A DNA stretch of 64,000 nt from Eledone cirrhosa. Lineage: Eukaryota. The DNA is taken from positions 38,068,001-38,132,000 of the forward strand of contig OZ024758.1 of assembly GCA_964016885.1 (NCBI GenBank), written 5' to 3'. Below, piece by piece: positions 1 through 13,020 of the stretch. The position numbers were made by a program, and so were the translations under genes. The notes beneath the pieces are model-generated. The model made no database searches. It was given only the letters and a program-made list of their open reading frames with translations, and was not told the origin of the DNA. Position 1 is the first letter of the stretch. Every line of letters starts with the position of its first letter.

Positions 1-3000
1 TTGTTGGTGAGAATTCATTTAAGTCATGGTACTAGCTGTCAGAAGTAACTCCAATGTTGGTGAGAATTCATTTAAGTCATGGTACTAGCTGTCAGAAGTA
101 ACTCCAATGTTGGTGAGAATTCATTTAAGTTCATGTTATTAGCTGTCAGAAGGAACTCCACTGTTGGTGAGAATTCATTTAAGTTCATGGTATTAGCTGT
201 CAGAAGTAACTCTACTGTTGGTGAGAATTCATTTAAGTTCATGGTATTAGCTGTCAGAAGTAACTCCACCGTTGGTGAGAATTCATTTAAGTTCATGGTA
301 CTAGCTGTCAGAAGTAACTCCAATGTTGGTGAGAATTCATTTAAGTTCATGGTATTAGCTGTCAGAAGTAACTCCACTGTTGGTGAGAATTCATTTAAGT
401 CATGGTATTAGCTGTCAGAAGTAACTCCATTGTTGGTGAGAATTCATTTAAGTCATGGTACTAGCTGTCAGAAGTAACTCCAATGTTGGTGAGAATTCAT
501 TTAAGTCATGGTACTAGCTGTCAGAAGTAACTCCAATGTTGGTGAGAATTCATTTAAGTTCATGTTATTAGCTGTCAGAAGGAACTCCACTGTTGGTGAG
601 AATTCATTTAAGTTCATGGTATTAGCTGTCAGAAGTAACTCCACTGTTGGTGAGAATTCATTTAAGTTCATGGTATTAGCTGTCAGAAGTAACTCCACCG
701 TTGGTGAGAATTCATTTAAGTTCATGGTACTAGCTGTCAGAAGTAACCCCAATGTTGGTGAGAATTCATTTAAGTTCATGGTATTAGCTGTCAGAAGTCA
801 CTCCAATGTTGGTGAGAATTCGTTTAAGTTCATGGTATTAGCTGTCAGAAGTAACTCCAATGTTGGTGAGAATTCATTTAAGTTCATGGTATTAGCTGTC
901 AGAAGGAACTCCACTGTTGCTGAGAATTCATTTAAGTTCATGGTATTAGCTGTCAGAAGTAACTCCACTGTTGGTGAGAATTCATTTAAGTTCATGGTAC
1001 TAGCTGTCAGAAGTAACTCCACTGTTGGTGAGAATTCATTTAAGTTCATGGTATTAGCTGTCAGAAGTCACTCCAGTGTTGGTGAGAATTCATTTAAGTT
1101 CATGGTATTAGCTGTCAGAAGTCACTCCACTGTTGGTGAGAATTCATTTAAGTTCATGGTACTAGCTGTCAGAAGTAACCCCAATGTTGGTGAGAATTCA
1201 TTTAAGTTCATGGTATTAGCTGTCAGAAGTAACTCCACTGTTGGTGAGAATTCATTTAAGTCATGGTATTAGCTGTCAGAAGTAACTCCACTGTTGGTGA
1301 GAATTCATTTAAGTTCATGGTATTAGCTGTCAGAAGGAACTCCACTGTTGGTGAGAATTCATTTAAGTTCATGGTACTAGCTGTCAGAAGTAACTCCAAT
1401 GTTGGTGAGAATTCATTTAAGTTCATGGTATTAGCTGTCAGAAGTAACTCCACTGTTGGTGAGTATTCATTTAAGTCATGGTATTAGCTGTCAGAAGTAA
1501 CTCCACTGTTGGTGAGAATTCATTTAAGTTCATGGTATTAGTTGTCAGAAGTAACTCCACTGTTGGTGAGAATTCATTTAAGTTCATGGTATTAGCTGTC
1601 AGAAGTAACTCCACTGTTGGTGAGAATTCATTTAAGTTCATGGTATTAGTTTGTCAGAAGTAACTCCACTGTTGGTGAGAATTCATTTAAGTCATGGTAT
1701 TAGTTGTCAGAAGGAACTCCAATGTTGGTGAGAATTCATTTAAGTCATGGTACTAGCTGTCAGAAGTAACTCCACTGTTGGTGAGAATTCATTTAAGTTC
1801 ATGGTATTAGCTGTCAGAAGGAACGCCACTGTTGGTGAGAATTCATTTAAGTTCATGGTATTAGCTGTCAGAAGTAACTCCACTGTTGGTGAGAATTCAT
1901 TTAAGTTCATGGTACTAGCTGTCAGAAGTAACTCCAATGTTGGTGAGAATTCATTTAAGTTCATGGTATTAGCTGTCAGAAGGAACTCCACTGTTGGTGA
2001 GAATTCATTTAAGTTCATGGTATTAGCTGTCAGAAGTAACTCCATTGTTGGTGAGAATTCATTTAAGTGATGGTATTAGCTGTCAGAAGTAACTCCATTG
2101 TTTGTGAGAATTCATTTAAGTCATGGTACTAGCTGTCAGAAGTAACTCCAATGTTGGTGAGAATTCATTTAAGTCATGGTACTAGCTGTCAGAAGTAACT
2201 CCAATGTTGGTGAGAATTCATTTAAGTTCATGTTATTAGCTGTCAGAAGGAACTCCACTGTTGGTGAGAATTCATTTAAGTTCATGGTATTAGCTGTCAG
2301 AAGTAACTCTACTGTTGGTGAGAATTCATTTAAGTTCATGGTACTAGCTGTCAGAAGTAACTCCAATGTTGGTGAGAATTCATTTAAGTTCATGGTATTA
2401 GCTGTCAGAAGTAACTCCACTGTTGGTGAGAATTCATTTAAGTCATGGTATTAGCTGTCAGAAGTAACTCCATTGTTGGTGAGAATTCATTTAAGTCATG
2501 GTACTAGCTGTCAGAAGTAACTCCAATGTTGGTGAGAATTCATTTAAGTCATGGTACTAGCTGTCAGAAGTAACTCCAATGTTGGTGAGAATTCATTTAA
2601 GTTCATGTTATTAGCTGTCAGAAGGAACTCCACTGTTGGTGAGAATTCATTTAAGTTCATGGTATTAGCTGTCAGAAGTAACTCCACTGTTGGTGAGAAT
2701 TCATTTAAGTTTATGGTATTAGCTGTCAGAAGTAACTCCACCGTTGGTGAGAATTCATTTAAGTTCATGGTACTAGCTGTCAGAAGTAACTCCAATGTTG
2801 GTGAGAATTCATTTAAGTTCATGGTATTAGCTGTCAGAAGTAACTCCACTGTTGGTGAGAATTCATTTAAGTCATGGTATTAGCTGTCAGAAGTAACTCC
2901 ACTGTTGGTGAGAATTCATTTAAGTTCATGGTATTAGCTGTCAGAAGTAACTCCACTGTTGGTGAGAATTCATTTAAGTTCATGGTACTAGCTGTCAGAA

Positions 3001-3100
3001 GTAACTCCAATGTTGGTGACAATTCATTTAAGTTCATGGTATTAGCTGTCAGAAGTAACTCCACTGTTGGTGAGAATTCATTTAAGTCATGGTATTAGCT
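1..3100. repeat. Local 7-8-monomer higher-order units (375/429 bp), re-duplicated at 2,472-bp offset
   Basis: The rare variant catgTtatta (MLLAV in the ORF track) occurs at ~135, ~565, ~2232 and ~2608. ORF starts 79/508 differ by 429, 2176/2551 by 375 and 79/2551 by 2472. Confidence 0.75.
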
Positions 3101-3599
3101 GTCAGAAGTAACTCCACTGTTGGTGAGAATTCATTTAAGTTCATGGTATTAGCTGTCAGAAGTAACTCCACTGTTGGTGAGAATTCATTTAAGTTCATGG
3201 TATTAGCTGTCAGAAGTCACTCCAGTGTTGGTGAGAATTCATTTAAGTTCATGGTATTAGCTGTCAGAAGTAACTCCACTGTTGGTGAGAATTCATTTAA
3301 GTTCATGGTATTAGCTGTCACAAGTAACTCCACTGTTGGTGAGAATTCATTTACGTTCATGGTATTAGTTTGTCAGAAGTAACTCCACTGTTGGTGAGAA
3401 TTCATTTAAGTCATGGTATTAGTTGTCAGAAGTAACTCCAATGTTGGTGAGAATTCATTTAAGTTCATGGTAATAGCTGTCAGAAGTAACTCCACTGTTG
3501 GTGAGAATTCATTTAAGTCAAGGTATTAGCTGTCAGAAGTCACTCCACTGTTGGTGAGAATTCATTTAAGTTCATGGTATTAGCTGTCAGAAGTAACTC

Positions 3600-6500
3600 C
3601 ACTGTTGGTGAGAATTCATTTAAGTTCATGGTATTAGTTTGTCAGAAGTAACTCCACTGTTGGTGAGAATTCATTTAAGTCATGGTATTAGTTGTCAGAA
3701 GTAACTCCAATGTTGGTGAGAATTCATTTAAGTTCATGGTACTAGCTGTCAGAAGTAACTCCACTGTTGGTGAGAATTCATTTAAGTTCATGGTAATAGC
3801 TGTCAGAAGTAACTCCACTGTTGGTGAGAATTCATTTAAGTCATGGTATTAGCTGTCAGAAGTAACTCCAATGTTGGTGAGAATTCATTTAAGTCATGGT
3901 ACTAGCTGTCAGAAGTAACTCCAATGTTGGTGAGAATTCATTTAAGTTCATGGTATTAGCTGTCAGAAGTAACTCCACTGTTGGTGAGAATTCATTTAAG
4001 TTCATGGTATTAGCTGTCAGAAGTAACTCCACTGTTGGTGAGAATTCATTTAAGTCATGGTATTAGCTGTCAGAAGTAACTCCACTGTTGGTGAGAATTC
4101 ATTTAAGTTCATGGTATTAGCTGTCAGAAGGAACGCCACTGTTGGTGAGAATTCATTTAAGTTCATGGTATTAGCTGTCAGAAGTAACTCCACTGTTGGT
4201 GAGAATTCATTTAAGTTCATGGTATTAGCTGTCAGAAGTAACTCCACTGTTGGTGAGAATTCATTTAAGTTCATGGTACTAGCTGTCAGAAGTAACTCCA
4301 CTGTTGGTGAGAATTCATTTAAGTTCATGGTTATTAGCTGTCAGAAGTAACTCCACTGTTGGTGAGAATTCATTTAAGTTCATGGTACTAGCTGTCAGAA
4401 GTAACTCCACTGTTGTTGAGAATTCATTTAAGTTCATGGTATTAGTTTGTCAGAAGTAACTCCACTGTTGGTGAGAATTCATTTAAGTCATGGTATTAGT
4501 TGTCAGAAGTAACTCCAATGTTGGTGAGAATTCATTTAAGTTCATGGTACTAGCTGTCAGAAGTAACTCCACTGTTGGTGAGAATTCATTTAAGTCATGG
4601 TATTAGCTGTCAGAAGTAACTCCAATGTTGGTGAGAATTCATTTAAGTTCATGGTATTAGCTGTCAGAAGTCACTCCACTGTTGGTGGGAATTCATTTAA
4701 GTTCATGGTACTAGCTGTCAGAAGTAACCCAATGTTGGTGAGAATTCATTTAAGTTCATGGTATTAGCTGTCAGAAGTCACTCCAATGTTGGTGAGAATT
4801 CATTTAAGTTCATGGTATTAGCTGTCAGAAGTCACTCCACTGTTGGTGAGAATTCATTTAAGTTCATGGTACTAGCTGTCAGAAGTAACCCCAATGTTGG
4901 TGAGAATTCATTTAAGTTCATGGTATTAGCTGTCAGAAGTCACTCCAATGTTGGTGAGAATTCATTTAAGTTCATGGTATTAGCTGTCAGAAGTAACTCC
5001 ACTGTTGGTGAGAATTCATTTAAGTTCATGGTATTAGCTGTCAGAAGGAACTCCACTGTTGGTGAGAATTCATTTAAGTTCATGGTACTAGCTGTCAGAA
5101 GTAACTCCACTGTTGGTGAGAATTCATTTAAGTTCATGGTATTAGCTGTCAGAAGTAACTCCAATGTTGGTGAGAATTCATTTAAGTCATGGTACTAGCT
5201 GTCAGAAGTAACTCCACTGTTGGTGAGAATTCATTTAAGTCATGGTATTAGTTGTCAGAAGTAACTCCAATGTTGGTGAGAATTCATTTAAGCCATGGTA
5301 CTAGCTGTCAGAAGTAACTCCAATGTTGGTGAGAATTCATTTAAGTTCATGGTATTAGCTGTCAGAACGAACTCCACTGTTGGTGAGAATTCATTTAAGT
5401 TCATGGTATTAGCTGTCAGAAGTAACTCCACTGTTGGTGAGAATTCATTTAAGTTCATGGTACTAGCTGTCAGAAGTAACTCCAATGTTGGTGAGAATTC
5501 ATTTAAGTTCATGGTATTAGCTGTCAGAAGTAACTCCAATGTTGGTGAGAATTCATTTAAGTCATGGTACTAGCTGTCAGAAGTAACTCCACTGTTGGTG
5601 AGAATTCATTTAAGTTCATGGTATTAGCTGTCAGAAGGAACTCCACTGTTGGTGAGAATTCATTTAAGTTCATGGTATTAGCTGTCAGAAGGAACGCCAC
5701 TGTTGGTGAGAATTCATTTAAGTTCATGGTATTAGCTGTCAGAAGTAACTCCACTGTTGGTGAGAATTCATTTAAGTTCATGGTACTAGCTGTCAGAAGT
5801 AACTCCAATGTTGGTGAGAATTCATTTAAGTTCATGGTATTAGCTGTCAGAAGGAACTCCACTGTTGGTGAGAATTCATTTAAGTTCATGGTATTAGCTG
5901 TCAGAAGTAACTCCACTGTTGGTGAGAATTCATTTAAGTCATGGTATTAGCTGTCAGAAGTAACTCCATTGTTGGTGAGAATTCATTTAAGTCATGGTAC
6001 TAGCTGTCAGAAGTAACTCCAATGTTGGTGAGAATTCATTTAAGTCATGGTACTAGCTGTCAGAAGTAACTCCAATGTTGGTGAGAATTCATTTAAGTTC
6101 ATGGTATTAGCTGTCAGAAGGAACTCCACTGTTGGTGAGAATTCATTTAAGTTCATGGTATTAGCTGTCAGAAGTAACTCCACTGTTGGTGAGAATTCAT
6201 TTAAGTTCATGGTATTAGCTGTCAGAAGTAACTCCACTGTTGGTGAGAATTCATTTAAGTTCATGGTACTAGCTGTCAGAAGTAACTCCAATGTTGGTGA
6301 GAATTCATTTAAGTCATGGTATTAGCTGTCAGAAGTAACTCCAATGTTGGTGAGAATTCATTTAAGTTCATGGTATTAGCTGTCAGAAGTAACTCCAATG
6401 TTGGTGAGAATTCATTTAAGTTCATGGTATTAGCTGTCAGAAGTAACTCCACTGTTGGTGAGAATTCATTTAAGTTCATGGTACTAGCTGTCAGAAGTAA

Positions 6501-9500
6501 CTCTACTGTTGGTGAGAATTCATTTAAGTCATGGTACTAGCTGTCAGAAGTAACTCCACTGTTGGTGAGAATTCATTTAAGTCATGGTATTAGTTGTCAG
6601 AAGTAACTCCAATGTTGGTGAGAATTCATTTAAGTTCATGGTATTAGCTGTCAGAAGTGACTCCACTGTTGGTGAGAATTCATTTAAGTTCATGGTATTA
6701 GCTGTCAGAAGGAACTCCAATGTTGGTGAGAATTCATTTAAGTCATGGTACTAGCTGTCAGAAGTAACTCCACTGTTGGTGAGAATTCATTTAAGTTCAT
6801 GGTATTAGCTGTCAGAAGGAACTCCACTGTTGGTGAGAATTCATTTAAGTTCATGGTACTAGCTGTCAGAAGTAACTCCACTGTTGGTGAGAATTCATTT
6901 AAGTTCATGGTATTAGTTTGTCAGAAGTAACTCCACTGTTGGTGAGAATTCATTTAAGTCATGGTATTAGTTGTCAGAAGTAACTCCAATGTTGGTGAGA
7001 ATTCATTTAAGCCATGGTACTAGCTGTCAGAAGTAACTCCAATGTTGGTGAGAATTCATTTAATTTCATGGTATTAGCTGTCAGAACGAACTCCACTGTT
7101 GGTGAGAATTCATTTAAGTTCATGGTATTAGCTGTCAGAAGTAACTCCACTGTTGGTGAGAATTCATTTAAGTTCATGGTACTAGCTGTCAGAAGTAACT
7201 CCAATGTTGGTGAGAATTCATTTAAGTTCATGGTATTAGCTGTCAGAAGTAACTCCACTGTTGGTGAGAGTTCATTTAAGTCATGGTATTAGCTGTCAGA
7301 AGTAACTCCAATGTTGGTGAGAATTCATTTAAGTTCATGGTATTAGCTGTCAGAAGTAACGCCACAGTTGGTGAGAATTCATTTAAGTTCATGGTATTAG
7401 CTGTCAGAAGTAACTCCACTGTTGGTGAGAATTCATTTAAGTTCATGGTACTAGCTGTCAGAAGTAACTCCACCGTTGGTGAGAATTCATTTAAGTTCAT
7501 GGTACTAGCTGTCAGAAGTAACTCCAATGTTGGTGAGAATTCATTTAAGTTCATGGTATTAGCTGTCAGAAGTAACTCCACTGTTGGTGAGAATTCATTT
7601 AAGTCATGGTATTAGCTGTCAGAAGTAACTCCACTGTTGGTGAGAATTCATTTAAGTTCATGGTATTAGCTGTCAGAAGTAACTCCACTGTTGGTGAGAA
7701 TTCATTTAAGTTCATGGTACTAGCTGTCAGAAGTAACTCCAATGTTGGTGAGAATTCATTTAAGTTCATGGTATTAGCTGTCAGAAGTAACTCCACTGTT
7801 GGTGAGAATTCATTTAAGTCATGGTATTAGCTGTCAGAAGTAACTCCACTGTTGGTGAGAATTCATTTAAGTTCATGGTATTAGCTGTCAGAAGTAACTC
7901 CACTGTTGGTGAGAATTCATTTAAGTTCATGGTATTAGCTGTCAGAAGTAACTCCACTGTTGGTGAGAATTCATTTAATTTCATGGTATTAGCTGTCAGA
8001 AGTAACTCCACTGTTGGTGAGAATTCATTTAAGTTCATGGTATTAGCTGTCAGAAGTCACTCCAATGTTGGTGAGAATTCATTTAAGTTCATGGTATTAG
8101 CTGTCAGAAGTCACTCCACTGTTGGTGAGAATTCATTTAAGTTCATGGTACTAGCTGTCAGAAGTAACCCCAATGTTGGTGAGAATTCATTTAAGTTCAT
8201 GGTATTAGCTGTCAGAAGTCACTCCAATGTTGGTGAGAATTCATTTAAGTTCATGGTATTAGCTGTCAGAAGTAACTCCACTGTTGGTGAGAATTCATTT
8301 AAGTTCATGGTATTAGCTGTCAGAAGTAACTCCACTGTTGGTGAGAATTCATTTAAGTTCATGGTATTAGCTGTCAGAAGGAACTCCACTGTTGGTGAGA
8401 ATTCATTTAAGTTCATGGTACTAGCTGTCAGAAGTAACTCCACTGTTGGTGAGAATTCATTTAAGTTCATGGTATTAGTTTGTCAGAAGTAACTCCACTG
8501 TTGGTGAGAATTCATTTAAGTCATGGTATTAGTTGTCAGAAGTAACTCCAATGTTGGTGAGAATTCATTTAAGCCATGGTACTAGCTGTCAGAAGTAACT
8601 CCAATGTAGGTGAGAATTCATTTAAGTTCATGGTATTAGCTGTCAGAACGAACTCCACTGTTGGTGAAAATTCATTTAAGTTCATGGTATTAGCTGTCAG
8701 AAGTAACTCCACTGTTGGTGAGAATTCATTTAAGTTCATGGCACTAGCTGTCAGAAGTAACTCCAATGTTGGTGAGAATTCATTTAAGTTCATGGTATTA
8801 GCTGTCAGAAGTAACTCCACTGTTGGTGAGAGTTCATTTAAGTCATGGTATTAGCTGTCAGAAGTAACTCCAATGTTGGTGAGAATTCATTTAAGTTCAT
8901 GGTATTAGCTGTCAGAAGTAACTCCACTGTTAGTGAGAATTCATTTAAGTTCATGGTATTAGCTGTCAGAAGTAACTCCACTGTTGGTGAGAATTCATTT
9001 AAGTTCATGGTACTAGCTGTCAGAAGTAACTACACTGTTGGTGAGAATTCATTTAAGTTCATGGTATTAGTTTGTCAGAAGTAACTCCACTGTTGGTGAG
9101 AATTCATTTAAGTCTTGGTATTAGTTGTCAGAAGTAACTCCAATGTTGGTGAGAATTCATTTAAGTTCATGGTATTAGCTGTCAGAAGGAACTCCACTGT
9201 TGGTGAGAATTCATTTAAGTTCATGGTATTAGCTGTCAGAAGGAACTCCAATGTTGGTGAGAATTCATTTAAGTCATGGTACTAGCTGTCAGAAGTAACT
9301 CCACTGTTGGTGAGAATTCATTTAAGTTCATGGTATTAGCTGTCAGAAGGAACTCCACTGTTGGTGAGAATTCATTTAAGTTCATGGTACTAGCTGTCAG
9401 AAGTAACTCCACTGTTGGTGAGAATTCATTTAAGTTCATGGTATTAGTTTGTCAGAAGTAACTCCACTGTTGGTGAGAATTCATTTAAGTCATGGTATTA

Positions 9501-12500
9501 GTTGTCAGAAGTAACTCCAATGTTGGTGAGAATTCATGTAAGCCATGGTACTAGCTGTCAGAAGTAACTCCAATGTTGGTGAGAATTCATTTAATTTCAT
9601 GGTATTAGCTGTCAGAACGAACTCCACTGTTGGTGAGAATTCATTTAAGTTCATGGTATTAGCTGTCAGAAGTAACTCCACTGTTGGTGAGAATTCATTT
9701 AAGTTCATGGTACTAGCTGTCAGAAGTAACTCCAATGTTGGTGAGAATTCATTTAAGTTGATGGTATTAGCTGTCAGAAGTAACTCCACCGTTGGTGAGA
9801 GTTCATTTAAGTCATGGTATTAGCTGTCAGAAGTAACTCCAATGTTGGTGAGAATTCATTTAAGTTCATGGTATTAGCTGTCAGAAGTAACGCCACAGTT
9901 GGTGAGAATTCATTTAAGTTCATGGTATTAGCTGTCAGAAGTAACTCCACTGTTGGTGAGAATTCATTTAAGTTCATGGTACTAGCTGTCAGAAGTAACT
10001 CCACCGTTGGTGAGAATTCATTTAAGTTCATGGTACTAGCTGTCAGAAGTAACTCCAATGTTGGTGAGAATTCATTTAAGTTCATGGTATTAGCTGTCAG
10101 AAGTAACTCCACTGTTGGTGAGAATTCATTTAAGCCATGGTACTAGCTGTCAGAAGTAACTCCAATGTTGGTGAGAATACATTTAAGTTCATGGTATTAG
10201 CTGTCAGAACGAACTCCACTGTTGGTGAGAATTCATTTAAGTTCATGGTATTAGCTGTCAGAAGTAACTCCACTGTTGGTGAGAATTCATTTAAGTTCAT
10301 GGTACTAGCTGTCAGAAGTAACTCCAATGTTGGTGAGAATTCATTTAAGTTCATGGTATTAGCTGTCAGAAGTAACTCCACTGTTGGTGAGAGTTCATTT
10401 AAGTCATGGTATTTGCTGTCAGAAGTAACTCCAATGTTGGTGAGAATTCATTTAAGTTCATGGTATTAGCTGTCAGAAGTAACTCCACTGTTGGTGAGAA
10501 TTCATTTAAGTTCATGGTATTAGCTGTCAGAAGTAACTCCACTGTTGGTGAGAATTCATTTAAGTTCATGGTATTAGCTGTCAGAAGGAACGCCACTGTT
10601 GGTGAGAATTCATTTAAGTTCATGGTATTAGCTGTCAGAAGTCACTCCAATGTTGGTGAGAATTCATTTAAGTTCATGGTATTAGCTGTCAGAAGTAACT
10701 CCACTGTTGGTAAGAATTCATTTAAGTTCATGGTATTAGCTGTCAGAAGTAACTCCACTGTTGGTGAGAATTCATTTAAGTTCATGGTATTAGCTGTCAG
10801 AAGGAACGCCACTGTTGGTGAGAATTCATTTAAGTTCATGGTATTAGCTGTCAGAAGTAACTCCACTGTTGGTGAGAATTCATTTAAGTTCATGGTACTA
10901 GCTGTCAGAAGTAACTCCAATGTTGGTGAGAATTCATTTAAGTTCATGGTATTAGCTGTCAGAAGGAACTCCACTGTTGCTGAGAATTCATTTAAGTTCA
11001 TGGTATTAGCTGTCAGAAGTAACTCCACTGTTGGTGAGAATTCATTTAAGTTCATGGTACTAGCTGTCAGAAGTAACTCCACTGTTGGTGAGAATTCATT
11101 TAAGTTCATGGTATTAGCTGTCAGAAGTCACTCCAATGTTGGTGAGAATTCATTTAAGTTCATGGTATTAGCTGTCAGAAGTCACTCCACTGTTGGTGAG
11201 AATTCATTTAAGTTCATGGTACTAGCTGTCAGAAGTAACCCCAATGTTGGTGAGATTTCATTTAAGTTCATGGTATTAGCTGTCAGAAGTCACTCCAATG
11301 TTGGTGAGAATTCATTTAAGTTCATGGTATTAGCTGTCAGAAGTAACTCCACTGTTGGTGAGAATTCATTTAAGTTCATGGTATTAGCTGTCAGAAGTAA
11401 CTCCACTGTTGGTGAGAATTCATTTAAGTTCATGGTATTAGCTGTCAGAAGTAACTCCACTGTTGGTGAGAATTCATTTAAGTCATGGTATTAGCTGTCA
11501 GAAGTAACTCCAATGTTGGTGAGAATTCATTTAAGTTCATGGTATTAGCTGTCAGAAGTCACTCCACTGTTGGTGAGAATTCATTTAAGTTCATGGTATT
11601 AGCTGTCAGAAGTAACTCCACTGTTGGTGAGAATTCATTTAAGTTCATGGTATTAGCTGTCAGAAGTAACTCCACTGTTGGTGAGAATTCATTTAAGTTC
11701 ATGGTATTAGTTTGTCAGAAGTAACTCCACTGTTGGTGAGAATTCATTTAAGTCATGGTATTAGTTGTCAGAAGTAACTCCAATGTTGGTGAGAATTCAT
11801 TTAAGTTCATGGTACTAGCTGTCAGAAGTAACTCCACTGTTGGTGAGAATTCATTTAAGTTCATGGTAATAGCTGTCAGAAGTAACTCCACTGTTGGTGA
11901 GAATTCATTTAAGTCATGGTATTAGCTGTCAGAAGTAACTCCAATGTTGGTGAGAATTCATTTAAGTCATGGTACTAGCTGTCAGAAGTAACTCCAATGT
12001 TGGTGAGAATTCATTTAAGTTCATGGTATTAGCTGTCAGAAGTAACTCCACTGTTGGTGAGAATTCATTTAAGTTCATGGTATTAGCTGTCAGAAGTAAC
12101 TCCACTGTTGGTGAGAATTCATTTAAGTCATGGTATTAGCTGTCAGAAGTAACTCCACTGTTGGTGAGAATTCATTTAAGTTCATGGTATTAGCTGTCAG
12201 AAGGAACGCCACTGTTGGTGAGAATTCATTTAAGTTCATGGTATTAGCTGTCAGAAGTAACTCCACTGTTGGTGAGAATTCATTTAAGTTCATGGTATTA
12301 GTTTGTCAGAAGTAACTCCACTGTTGGTGAGAATTCATTTAAGTCATGGTATTAGCTGTCAGAAGTAACTCCACTGTTGGTGAGAATTCATTTAAGTTCA
12401 TGGTATTAGCTGTCAGAAGGAACGCCACTGTTGGTGAGAATTCATTTAAGTTCATGGTACTAGCTGTCAGAAGTAACCCCAATGTTGGTGAGATTTCATT

Positions 12501-13020
12501 TAAGTTCATGGTATTAGCTGTCAGAAGTCACTCCAATGTTGGTGAGAATTCATTTAAGTTCATGGTATTAGCTGTCAGAAGTAACTCCACTGTTGGTGAG
12601 AATTCATTTAAGTTCATGGTATTAGCTGTCAGAAGTAACTCCACTGTTGGTGAGAATTCATTTAAGTTCATGGTATTAGCTGTCAGAAGTAACTCCACTG
12701 TTGGTGAGAATTCATTTAAGTCATGGTATTAGCTGTCAGAAGTAACTCCAATGTTGGTGAGAATTCATTTAAGTTCATGGTATTAGCTGTCAGAAGTCAC
12801 TCCACTGTTGGTGAGAATTCATTTAAGTTCATGGTACTAGCTGTCAGAAGTAACCCCAATGTTGGTGAGAATACATTTAAGTCATGGTATTAGCTGTCAG
12901 AAGTAACTCCACTGTTGGTGAGAATTCATTTAAGTTCATGGTATTAGCTGTCAGAAGTAACTCCACTGTTGGTGAGAATTCATTTAAGTTCATGGTATTA
13001 GCTGTCAGAAGTAACTCCAC
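3600..13020. repeat. ~9.4-10 kb super-unit, copy S1
   Basis: Ordered rare markers are ggTtattagc (~4330), gttgTtgag (~4415), aacccaat deletion (~4728), agtGactcc (~6659), tgtAggtg/ggtgaAaa/ggCacta (~8608-8742), ttcatGtaagcc (9538), aagttGatgg (9760) and ggtAagaa (10712). The same order recurs at offsets of 9418-10222. Confidence 0.85.

Noticed and set aside
390-510. Three consecutive 53-bp junctions that restore the reading frame (-3 net)
   Set aside because: The intervening shifted frames contain TAG and TAA stops, so no continuous ORF is preserved. It is explained as an inherited cassette.
1256-1272. Overlapping stop/start (aagtcATGgtatTAG) resembling translational coupling or programmed frameshifting between successive ORFs
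   Set aside because: This is an automatic consequence of the 1-bp deletion just before each monomer's ATG. There is no slippery heptamer or ribosome-binding site, and no evidence of expression.
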